From an uncultured Candidatus Entotheonella sp. (lineage in GTDB: Bacteria; Tectomicrobia; Entotheonellia; Entotheonellales; Entotheonellaceae), in assembly GCA_965217185.1 (NCBI GenBank), contig OZ244252.1, positions 1,760,001 to 1,824,000 of the forward strand: a stretch of DNA of 64,000 nt. The letters run 5' to 3'. Below the pieces are notes generated by a model. That model had not been told where the DNA came from, did not search any database, and saw nothing but the letters and a program-made list of their open reading frames with translations. The position numbers and the translations under genes were made by a program. Positions 9,982 to 17,912 of this stretch are shown in pieces. Numbering within the stretch: position 1 is the first letter of the stretch; each line of letters starts with the position of its first letter.

Positions 9982-11082
9982 GTGCTGCCGCTTCAGAAAC
10001 TTCGGGACGCCTTTGAGGCGGGTTGGATTACGGCCCCGACCCTGGGCATTGAGGCTGAGCAATTGCAACCGGCCAGCCTGGATCTGCGACTTGGACAGAT
10101 CGCGTACCGCATCCGAAGCAGCTTTCTGCCCGGCCAAGAGACCGTGGCCGAGAAGCTTGCCTACCTGACGATGTACGAATTACCTCTCACACCGGCGGCG
10201 ATCCTGGAACGCGGCCACGTCTATCTCATCCCTCTGCTCGAAGAACTGGCTCTGCCGGACCATCTGTACGCCAAAGCCAATCCGAAGAGTTCGACCGGGC
10301 GGCTGGACGTGTTCACCCGTGTTATCACCGACGCCAACCAGCGCTTTGACGACATACGGCCCGGCTATCGCGGCCGGCTCTATCTGGAGATCTTTCCGCG
10401 CTCGTTTACGATCAAGGTCTGTCACGGCTTGTCACTGAATCAACTGCGGTTGTTCAGCGGCACCGGGGCTCTGGACGACAGCGGCCTGTCCCAATTGTAC
10501 CGGACGGAACCCCTGCTCTACGGCGACGATAATCAACCGCTGCCGCTGAGCGACGTGCACGTGGACGGCGGGCTGTTCATGGGGGTGGAAACGGCAGGGC
10601 GCGACGGCGACATCATCGGTTACAAAGCGCGGAAAAACAGCGACGTCATCGACTTGGCCCAGGTGGGCTTCTACGAGCCATCGGATTTCTGGGAACCGAT
10701 CCGCTGTGTGTCGCAACGCCCGCTCATCCTGGAACCGGAGGAGTTCTACATCCTGGCATCCAAAGAAAGGGTGCGTGTGCCGCCCAATTATGCAGCCGAA
10801 TTGATGGCATATGACGCGGGCTCAGGCGAACTGCGGACCCATTATGCCGGCTTCTTCGACCCTGGCTTCGGCTATGGTAGCGGCGCGTGCCGAGGTGCCA
10901 AGGCCGTTCTGGAAGTGCGGCCGCACGACGTGCCGTTTCTCATTGAGGACGGACAACTCTTCTGCAAGCTGTGCCTGGAGCGCACCACCGAAACGCCGGA
11001 AATTACGTATGGCGAGAGGCTGGCGTCACACTACCAAGGCCAAGCCCTGAAGCTCAGCAAACAGTTTCGCCCTTGGCTCTGA
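9982..11082 (+). CDS. dcd: dCTP deaminase, long two-domain type
   Basis: QPASLDLRLG, NPKSSTGRLD, HYAGFFDPGFG and LSKQF motifs. Confidence 0.92.
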   Translation: MLPLQKLRDAFEAGWITAPTLGIEAEQLQPASLDLRLGQIAYRIRSSFLPGQETVAEKLAYLTMYELPLTPAAILERGHVYLIPLLEELALPDHLYAKANPKSSTGRLDVFTRVITDANQRFDDIRPGYRGRLYLEIFPRSFTIKVCHGLSLNQLRLFSGTGALDDSGLSQLYRTEPLLYGDDNQPLPLSDVHVDGGLFMGVETAGRDGDIIGYKARKNSDVIDLAQVGFYEPSDFWEPIRCVSQRPLILEPEEFYILASKERVRVPPNYAAELMAYDAGSGELRTHYAGFFDPGFGYGSGACRGAKAVLEVRPHDVPFLIEDGQLFCKLCLERTTETPEITYGERLASHYQGQALKLSKQFRPWL

Positions 11083-11121
11083 ATCGGTATCAGGAGGCAA
11101 TCGGCAGACAGAGGCGCGTTT

Positions 11122-11150
11122 TTGACATCATTTGGTGCGCTGGGTAGAAT
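11122..11150 (+). promoter_or_regulatory. Sigma70 promoter of moaDE
   Basis: TTGACA-17 nt-TAGAAT, 18 nt upstream of the moaD ATG. Confidence 0.75.
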
Positions 11151-11168
11151 CGCGGTGAGGAAAAATCC

Positions 11169-11444
11169 ATGCATGTCACGGTCAAATTGTTCGCCCTGAT
11201 AAGGGAAAAAGCGGGTACCGATCGCTTGGCTCTCGACCTGCCCGATGGGGCGGATTTGAAGCAGATGGTTCAGGCCATACGGCATCAACAACCCGCCCTG
11301 GAACCTTATTTGGACAACCTGCGCTTTTCTCTTGACATGGACTTCGTCGAAGCAGATACGACCCTGCACGATGGCGACGAAGTTGTTCTCATCCCGCCTG
11401 TGAGTGGAGGATACGGATGTTCCGTGTCACGACAGAACCCTTAG
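11169..11444 (+). CDS. moaD: Molybdopterin synthase sulfur carrier subunit with 10-aa extension after GG
   Basis: VKLFA...LHDGDEVVLIPPVSGG followed by YGCSVSRQNP. Confidence 0.88.
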   Translation: MHVTVKLFALIREKAGTDRLALDLPDGADLKQMVQAIRHQQPALEPYLDNLRFSLDMDFVEADTTLHDGDEVVLIPPVSGGYGCSVSRQNP

Positions 11445-11827
11445 ACGTGCAACAAGTCCACAATCTCGTCAAAAGTCCTGCCGACGGCGCGGTCGTCACC
11501 TTTGACGGCATTGTACGCAACAATTTTGACGGGCGGGAGGTGCGGTATCTGGAATACGAGGCATACACGGCCATGGCGGAAAAGAAAATGGCCGATATCG
11601 CCGCGGAGGCGCAGAACAAATTCGCGGTGGGCGACATTGCCATGGTGCATCGTATCGGGCGGCTGGAAATCGGCGAAAGCAGCATCCTGATTGCGGTTGC
11701 AGCGCCTCACCGCCAGCCCGCCTTCGAGGCGTGCGCGTATGCCATGGATCGCGTCAAGGAAGAAGTGCCGGTGTGGAAAAAGGAGTTCTTCGCTGACGGT
11801 GAGTCCCATTGGGTGCAACCCGACTGA
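11417..11827 (+). CDS. moaE: Molybdopterin synthase catalytic subunit
   Basis: GAVVTFDGIVR, LEYEAY, HRIGRL and PVWKKE motifs. Confidence 0.95.
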   Translation: MFRVTTEPLDVQQVHNLVKSPADGAVVTFDGIVRNNFDGREVRYLEYEAYTAMAEKKMADIAAEAQNKFAVGDIAMVHRIGRLEIGESSILIAVAAPHRQPAFEACAYAMDRVKEEVPVWKKEFFADGESHWVQPD

Positions 11828-11833
11828 ATCGGT

Positions 11834-12124
11834 TCAGTCTTTGCTCTCCGGCGGCACGCCGTTTTCCGCCAAGATTTGCCGCCGGGCTTTGATGCGTTGG
11901 TAGGCGAACAGGGCACCTATCCCACCGATAAAGAGTGCCGGCAGAAAGACGACCTCCAGAACTTGCAAAGCCTTTTCCCATCGCAGCGCATGGAACGCGA
12001 TATACAGGGACGGAGCGAGCGTCACAAAACACACACCCGCAATCAGGATGGCAATCACCAACACGTCCCGGCGGGGCGGCGAAGGCATAGAAGACATAAG
12101 CGGCATCCAGGGTTGTTTGAGCAT
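11834..12124 (-). CDS. Small two-TM membrane protein
   Basis: Two hydrophobic segments; fills the gap between flanking genes; start uncertain. Confidence 0.55.
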   Translation of the reverse strand: MLKQPWMPLMSSMPSPPRRDVLVIAILIAGVCFVTLAPSLYIAFHALRWEKALQVLEVVFLPALFIGGIGALFAYQRIKARRQILAENGVPPESKD

Positions 12125-12203
12125 GCGATGCTACCTTGTGCAGGATTACATGGATATTATCACACGCGTCTGACACTACCCAGCCGTTTGAGGTCCACAG
12201 ACC

Positions 12204-13550
12204 ATGCTAGCAGAGCAACACTACCGTCATGCCCTCCTCGCCCAGCCATTTTGGGCTCGTCTCTCCCCGGCCGAAATCAACCAGCGCGTTCAGGAATTAC
12301 TGGCCGCTCCCGATATCGTCGCAGCAGTTCAGGCATTGCCACCGGTCGAGTACGCGGTGCTGTTGAAAGAAGCGCCGGAATCGCGCGCTGCGTTGCTTGC
12401 CACGGCTCACCCGGAGCAGAACCGCACGGTGCTTGATCTCGACTGCTGGCACAAGCAAAACCTGCGCAGCACCCGAGTGTTGGAGTGGCTTGATGATTTG
12501 CGCGAAAGTGGTCTGGAATCGTTTCTGGACACGTTAGCGGTTCTGGACAATGAGCTGTTGGTCACCGCTTTCAACCAGCACGTTCGGGTGCACGCCGCGC
12601 TGCCGATTGAAGAGGAAGAGGATCCCAAGCCCTATCACGAAGTCCTGTCAAACGAACTGTTTCGCCTGGAGTTCATCGATCCGGACAGCCCGTGGAACGA
12701 ACGCATCCAACGGCTGCTGGCTTTTCTGCGCCAGGCCGATCTCGATACCTATTACGGCCTTATGCAGGGCGTCATGTGGAATATCCAAAATGAGTCGGAA
12801 GAATGGGCCTATCGCTGGAAGAGCGGTCGGCTGCAGGACGAAGGCTTTCCCGATTATTATGACGCCCTGGAAGCGTATCGCATTATCGACAACGCCCCTA
12901 GCCTTGCGCCGGAGCATTTTGAGGCACCAGGTCGGCCCGAAAACGCCGAAGAGTCGGGAATCCTCCCCAGTTATGCCTGGAGCATGACGCCAACCGGCTC
13001 CTTACTGGCCCGAGCCCTGACCGGGCAATTCTCCATCGACACGTTGGAGCGTTTGTGCTGGGAAATGGTAGGGCTATGCAATCGTGAGCTAGTCATTGAT
13101 CAAGTCGATTTCGCCGATACCGCCGCGATCAAAGCAAGTTTGCGGCGCGTCCATGCTGCCGTGAATCTTGGCCTTGAGTACCTTTGCAGCCTGCATTCGC
13201 AGCCGCCTGATGCGCTGCTGGGAGAGCATTCGCTGCACGCCATCTGCCAAACCGGGATTACCCTTATCATCGGCTTGCGCCAGTGCGCCAATCGCATACA
13301 GACCCACCTGAATCGGACGCCGGGCATGCGCAGAGCGTTGCCGGGCCTGGCGCAGCAAGTTGTTGGAGGTCTGCTGCAGCCCCATGCCCAGTTCTTTGCC
13401 GAGCTTGCATCGCCAACCGCATCAGGCTATCGCGACTTTCTGGACCTACAGGACGTGGCGTTGGTTGACGGGGTACTTCGCGAACTGGAAAACGACCTGT
13501 CGTATGGTGCGACTGACATGCCAAAACCCCAAGGCAGGCCTGAATCGTGA
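12204..13550 (+). CDS. Conserved hypothetical protein (DUF6178-like)
   Basis: 448 aa; LDLDCW, EEWAYRWKSGRLQDEGFPDYYDA and VNLGLE motifs recalled from DUF6178-type proteins. Confidence 0.7.
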   Translation: MLAEQHYRHALLAQPFWARLSPAEINQRVQELLAAPDIVAAVQALPPVEYAVLLKEAPESRAALLATAHPEQNRTVLDLDCWHKQNLRSTRVLEWLDDLRESGLESFLDTLAVLDNELLVTAFNQHVRVHAALPIEEEEDPKPYHEVLSNELFRLEFIDPDSPWNERIQRLLAFLRQADLDTYYGLMQGVMWNIQNESEEWAYRWKSGRLQDEGFPDYYDALEAYRIIDNAPSLAPEHFEAPGRPENAEESGILPSYAWSMTPTGSLLARALTGQFSIDTLERLCWEMVGLCNRELVIDQVDFADTAAIKASLRRVHAAVNLGLEYLCSLHSQPPDALLGEHSLHAICQTGITLIIGLRQCANRIQTHLNRTPGMRRALPGLAQQVVGGLLQPHAQFFAELASPTASGYRDFLDLQDVALVDGVLRELENDLSYGATDMPKPQGRPES

Positions 13551-13733
13551 CAGCTTGACGGCCTTGGAACCCCTCACGTATGATGCGCCGCCCTTGGAAC
13601 GCTCACAACAGCCGAACACGCCACTGACAGGACCGCCCATGCTTGCTGTACGGTCTCATACGACAAGTAAATCATCATGATATCCGACAGGTCACGCGCA
13701 ACAGTGCCGTCACGTGCACGAAGGGAATCGGTT

Positions 13734-15131
13734 ATGAACCAGGTAGACACGCTGGGCAAGCTCAAAGAAACAGGCTACAAGCCGCTGGGCGTAAAAGCGG
13801 AGATGCGTAAGAACCTCGTTCAAAAAATGCTGGACCGCGAGCCACTTTTCCCCGGCATCCACGGATTTGAAGATACCGTTATTCCCCAGGTGCAAAATGC
13901 CCTTCTAGCCGGCCAGGACATGATCTTTCTCGGCGAGCGTGGCCAAGCAAAGACCCGCCTCATCCGCAGTCTCACCTCCTTGCTCGACCCCTGGGTACCG
14001 TACGTCGAAGGCAGCGAAATCAACGACGACCCGCTAAACCCGATTTCGAAATACGCCGTCGAATTGCTTGACAAGGAGGGCGACAATATGCCGATTGCCT
14101 GGCTGGCCCGCGAGGATCGCTACAGCGAAAAGCTCGCCACGCCGGACGTCACGGCGCCGGAGCTGATCGGTGAAGTGGACCCGATCAAGGTGGCCGAGGG
14201 ACGCTATCTCTCCGACGAACTGGTGATCCACTACGGCCTCGTGCCGCGCACGAACCGGGGCATCTTCTGCATCAACGAGTTGCCGGACCTGTCGGAGAAA
14301 CTGCAGGTTGGCCTGTTCAACATCATGCAGGAGCGCGACGTGCAGATTCGTGGCTTTCGGGCCCGCCTGCCGCTGAACATCTGTGTTGTCGCCAGTGCCA
14401 ACCCCGAGGATTACACCAACCGCGGCCGCATCATCACACCGCTGAAAGACCGCTATGGCGCCGAAATCCGCACGCATTACCCCAAAAATATTTCTATCGA
14501 AATCGACATCATGGAGGCAGAGCGCTCACCCTTGCTGGACAGCGACAACTTGCAGGTGACGGTGCCGCGTTTCATGAAGGAAATCGTGGCTGAGATCACC
14601 CATCTGGCGCGCCAACACGCCGACATCAATCAGCGCTCGGGCGTGAGTGTGCGCATGTCCATCGCCAACTATGAAAGCTTGGTCAGCAACGCCTTGCGCC
14701 GCTCTCTGCTGCTGCGGGAGGATGAAGCCGTGCCGCGCATCAGCGATCTGCCGGCTGTACTGCCCTCTTCCAATGGCAAAATCGAGTTGGAAACCATCGA
14801 GGAAGGCAAGGAGGGTGACGTTGTTGCCGAATTGACCCGACAGGCCGTGCGCAAAGTGTTCAATCACAATTTCGACCTCTCTGATCTGGCCGACGTTCTC
14901 GAATATTTCGGCCTTGGGCAGAGCCTGGAAGTATCCGACACGATGCCCACCGGTTCCTACAAGCAGAAAACCAAGGAAGTGGACGGACTGACGAAGCTCA
15001 TGCAACGACTCGGCTGCGCCAAGAGCTCGGCTTTGATGGCCTCGGGAATTGAATTCATCCTGGAAGGTCTGCATCTCAACAAGAAACTGAACAAGAAGGT
15101 CCTTGAGGGCGAAATTTCGTATTGGGGCTAA
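13734..15131 (+). CDS. AAA+ ATPase, Mg-chelatase ChlI-like
   Basis: Walker A variant GERGQAKT, plus INELPDL, ANPEDYTNRGRIITPLKDR and EFILEGLH. Confidence 0.88.
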   Translation: MNQVDTLGKLKETGYKPLGVKAEMRKNLVQKMLDREPLFPGIHGFEDTVIPQVQNALLAGQDMIFLGERGQAKTRLIRSLTSLLDPWVPYVEGSEINDDPLNPISKYAVELLDKEGDNMPIAWLAREDRYSEKLATPDVTAPELIGEVDPIKVAEGRYLSDELVIHYGLVPRTNRGIFCINELPDLSEKLQVGLFNIMQERDVQIRGFRARLPLNICVVASANPEDYTNRGRIITPLKDRYGAEIRTHYPKNISIEIDIMEAERSPLLDSDNLQVTVPRFMKEIVAEITHLARQHADINQRSGVSVRMSIANYESLVSNALRRSLLLREDEAVPRISDLPAVLPSSNGKIELETIEEGKEGDVVAELTRQAVRKVFNHNFDLSDLADVLEYFGLGQSLEVSDTMPTGSYKQKTKEVDGLTKLMQRLGCAKSSALMASGIEFILEGLHLNKKLNKKVLEGEISYWG

Positions 15132-15225
15132 GGTTCGTATCACCCCTGCCGTTTTATGCCCCAAGTGTTCCCTGTTAGGACACCTCCCATCTCACCAAGC
15201 GACAAATCGCACAGCGGATTGCGGC

Positions 15226-15462
15226 ATGGACGTGGTGCAATTGGTAATGCAAGTACGGCGCCGTGACATCGCCTTCCTATGTAATCTGGTGGGGTCGTAC
15301 GAGGGTCTGGGCATCATACGCACCCTCGATGCTGCCCAAGGCATCGTCGAGATGATGGTTGCGCCGGCGTTTTACGACACCACCTTGGCCCTGCTCCATG
15401 ATTTGGCACAAAACGAAATCCCGCTGCGCATTCTGGAGCAGCCGGCGCCGGACCTCGGTTGA
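15226..15462 (+). CDS. DUF4911-like small protein
   Basis: DIAFLxxLVxSYEGLGIIRTLD...GIVE pattern. Confidence 0.72.
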   Translation: MDVVQLVMQVRRRDIAFLCNLVGSYEGLGIIRTLDAAQGIVEMMVAPAFYDTTLALLHDLAQNEIPLRILEQPAPDLG

Positions 15463-15487
15463 CTTCCCCGGTAGCGGTTGTTATAAA
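15459..15487 (+). promoter_or_regulatory. Sigma70 promoter for the ABC ATPase pair
   Basis: TTGACT-17 nt-TATAAA with an extended -10 TG. Confidence 0.6.
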
Positions 15488-15546
15488 AAAAGCCCTGTTC
15501 ATTCCCGCATCTCAGAATCTCCATCTCACTCGCTAACGAGGCGCCC

Positions 15547-16527
15547 ATGCAAGAACTGCTGCTTGATATTCGCGGCTTGCGGACCCAGTTTTTCACCGAC
15601 GACGGCCTCGCCCGGGCTGTCGATGGGGTTAGCTACTCGTTAGAAAAAGGCGAGACCGTAGGCGTCGTAGGGGAGTCCGGGTGCGGGAAAAGCGTTACGG
15701 CCCTGTCGATTCTACGCCTCATCCCCGACCCGCCCGGCAAAATCGTCGATGGTGAAATCATTTTTGAAGGCACGAATCTGTTACAACTCTCCTCAGCGGA
15801 AATGCGGCGCATTCGCGGCAACGACATTTCCATGATCTTCCAGGAGCCGATGACCTCCCTGAACCCGGTGTTCACCATCGGCAACCAGATCACCGAAGCC
15901 GTTCGGCTGCACCAAGGCTTGAACAAGAGGGATGCCTTGGCCAAAGCTGTTGAAGCGCTGAAGTTGGTGGGTATTCCGGTGCCGGAACGGCGCGTGCACG
16001 AATACCCGCATCAACTGAGTGGCGGCATGCGACAACGCGCCATGATTGCCATGGCCCTGAGTTGCAACCCGAAAGTCCTGATTGCCGACGAGCCAACAAC
16101 GGCGCTAGACGTCACCATCGAGGCCCAGATTCTCGACTTGATGCGCACCCTCCAGGACGAATTGGGAACGGCCATCATCATGATCACCCACGATTTGGGT
16201 GTCATTGCCGATATAGCCCGCAAGGTCGTTGTCATGTACGCCGGTAAGGTTGTGGAACAGGCGCCGGTGGAACAGATTTTTGCATCACCGAATCATCCCT
16301 ACACGCAAGGGCTGCTACGGTCCCTTCCTCGCGTGGACAAAGATGCCAGCGGCGCCAAACAACGCTTGCAGGAAATCCCCGGCATCGTCCCCAGCCTGCT
16401 GAACCTGCCCACGGGATGCAAATTCGCGTCGCGCTGCCCGAGCGTGATGCCACATTGCAAAGAGCAAGAACCCCCGCTGGAACAGGTGGCTCCCAATCAC
16501 TATTCGGCGTGTTGGCTCAATCACTAG
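15547..16527 (+). CDS. oppD: Oligopeptide/dipeptide ABC transporter ATP-binding subunit (OppD/DppD)
   Basis: [25 protein letters not shown] and HPYT motifs, C-terminal Cys cluster. Confidence 0.92.
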   Translation: MQELLLDIRGLRTQFFTDDGLARAVDGVSYSLEKGETVGVVGESGCGKSVTALSILRLIPDPPGKIVDGEIIFEGTNLLQLSSAEMRRIRGNDISMIFQEPMTSLNPVFTIGNQITEAVRLHQGLNKRDALAKAVEALKLVGIPVPERRVHEYPHQLSGGMRQRAMIAMALSCNPKVLIADEPTTALDVTIEAQILDLMRTLQDELGTAIIMITHDLGVIADIARKVVVMYAGKVVEQAPVEQIFASPNHPYTQGLLRSLPRVDKDASGAKQRLQEIPGIVPSLLNLPTGCKFASRCPSVMPHCKEQEPPLEQVAPNHYSACWLNH

Positions 16528-16571
16528 GCGCGTCCAAAGGGTGCCTGCGACCCCTGAAGGAGAACCAAGGC

Positions 16572-17549
16572 ATGGCGACGGAAACGTTGCTCGAGGTCAC
16601 CAATCTCAAAAAGTACTTCCCGATCAAGGGCGGAGTGTTTTCGAAGACGATCGGTTTTGTCTACGCGGTCGACGACGTTTCCTTCACCGTAGACAAGGGT
16701 GAGACGCTGGGGCTGGTGGGCGAGAGCGGATGTGGAAAGTCGACCACCGGGCGTAGCATTCTGCGTCTGATCGAGCCGACGGACGGCAAGATTTACTTCG
16801 AAGGCCAGGACGTAACCGCGTTGGACAAGAACGCGATGCGCAGACTGCGACGGGAAATGCAGATCATCTTTCAGGACCCCTATGCCTCACTGAACCCGCG
16901 CATGACGGTGGGCAGCATTATTGGCGAGCCCCTGGAAATTCACAAAATCGCCAGAGGCAGCGAAAAAACCGAGCGGGTAGCTTCGTTACTTCAGAAGGTG
17001 GGCCTGCGCGCCGAAGATATGCGGAAATACCCTCACGAGTTCAGTGGCGGGCAGCGGCAGCGCATCGGCATCGCTCGGGCGATCGCCCTGAATCCCAAGC
17101 TGATCGTCTGCGACGAGCCGGTATCGGCGTTGGACGTGTCGATTCAGGCCCAGGTGATCAACCTTCTCGAAGACCTGCAGGAAGAATTCGGACTTTCTTA
17201 TCTCTTCATCGCCCACAACCTGAACGTAGTCGAGCACATCAGCGATCGTGTAGCGGTAATGTATCTGGGCCAGATCGTCGAATTGGCCTCCGACGTCGAC
17301 CTCTATAACGATCCCCAGCACCCTTACACGGAAGCTCTGCTCTCCGCCGTTCCTATTCCCGACCCTACCGTCAAGAAAAAGCGCATCATTCTCGAAGGCG
17401 ACGTGCCCAGCCCGATCGATCCGCCAAGCGGCTGCCATTTTCACACACGCTGCATGTACAAGGAAAAGGTGTGTGAAGAAGAAGCCCCCGAGTTCAAACA
17501 TATTGGGGGCGGCCATTGGGTGGCCTGCCACTTCCGCCCGAAGGCATGA
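16572..17549 (+). CDS. oppF: Oligopeptide/dipeptide ABC transporter ATP-binding subunit (OppF/DppF)
   Basis: [30 protein letters not shown] and VACH motifs. Confidence 0.92.
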   Translation: MATETLLEVTNLKKYFPIKGGVFSKTIGFVYAVDDVSFTVDKGETLGLVGESGCGKSTTGRSILRLIEPTDGKIYFEGQDVTALDKNAMRRLRREMQIIFQDPYASLNPRMTVGSIIGEPLEIHKIARGSEKTERVASLLQKVGLRAEDMRKYPHEFSGGQRQRIGIARAIALNPKLIVCDEPVSALDVSIQAQVINLLEDLQEEFGLSYLFIAHNLNVVEHISDRVAVMYLGQIVELASDVDLYNDPQHPYTEALLSAVPIPDPTVKKKRIILEGDVPSPIDPPSGCHFHTRCMYKEKVCEEEAPEFKHIGGGHWVACHFRPKA

Positions 17550-17624
17550 CTTGCTCCTGGTACTGGTTTTGTTTGGGCAGCCCCCCTTCATGGCTCCTTC
17601 GTATCCTCAGACGAGGCTTCCGGG

Positions 17625-17654
17625 TTGACATGCGCAAGGCCATTGGCTTATATT
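17625..17654 (+). promoter_or_regulatory. Promoter of the tRNA pair
   Basis: TTGACA-18 nt-TATATT followed by a GC-rich discriminator. Confidence 0.65.
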
Positions 17655-17711
17655 ACCGCCCTTGGCTGTTCTTCGTCAGGAGGGCGGGCGCAGCGGCTTC
17701 ATGCTCTGGAA

Positions 17712-17784
17712 GGGCGGGTAGCTCAGTTGGGAGAGCATCGGCCTTACAAGCCGGAGGTCACAGGTTCAAGCCCTGTTCCGCCCA
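17712..17784 (+). tRNA. tRNA-Val(TAC); CCA not encoded
   Basis: Acceptor stem GGGCGGG/TCCGCCC-A; anticodon arm TCGGC-CT TAC AA-GCCGG; T-loop TTCAAGC. Confidence 0.96.
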
Positions 17785-17794
17785 TCTAGTCTTC

Positions 17795-17868
17795 GGGGTC
17801 GTAGTTCAGTTGGTCAGAACGCCGGCCTGTCACGCCGGAGGTCGCGAGTTCGAGTCTCGTCGGCCCCG
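17795..17868 (+). tRNA. tRNA-Asp(GTC); CCA not encoded
   Basis: Acceptor stem GGGGTCG/CGGCCCC-G; anticodon arm CCGGC-CT GTC AC-GCCGG; T-loop TTCGAGT. Confidence 0.96.
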
Positions 17869-17875
17869 TTGATCC

Positions 17876-17912
17876 ATAAAGGGATTGCACAATGTGCAAT
17901 CCCTTTATTTTT
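17876..17912. terminator. Intrinsic terminator, probably bidirectional
   Basis: ATAAAGGGATTGCAC-AAT-GTGCAATCCCTTTAT perfect 15-bp stem plus T tract, between convergent transcription units. Confidence 0.85.

Noticed and set aside
17712..17912. tRNA pair as an integration site for an island
   Set aside because: No integrase nearby and no duplicated tRNA 3' end was seen; a terminator and ordinary metabolic genes follow.
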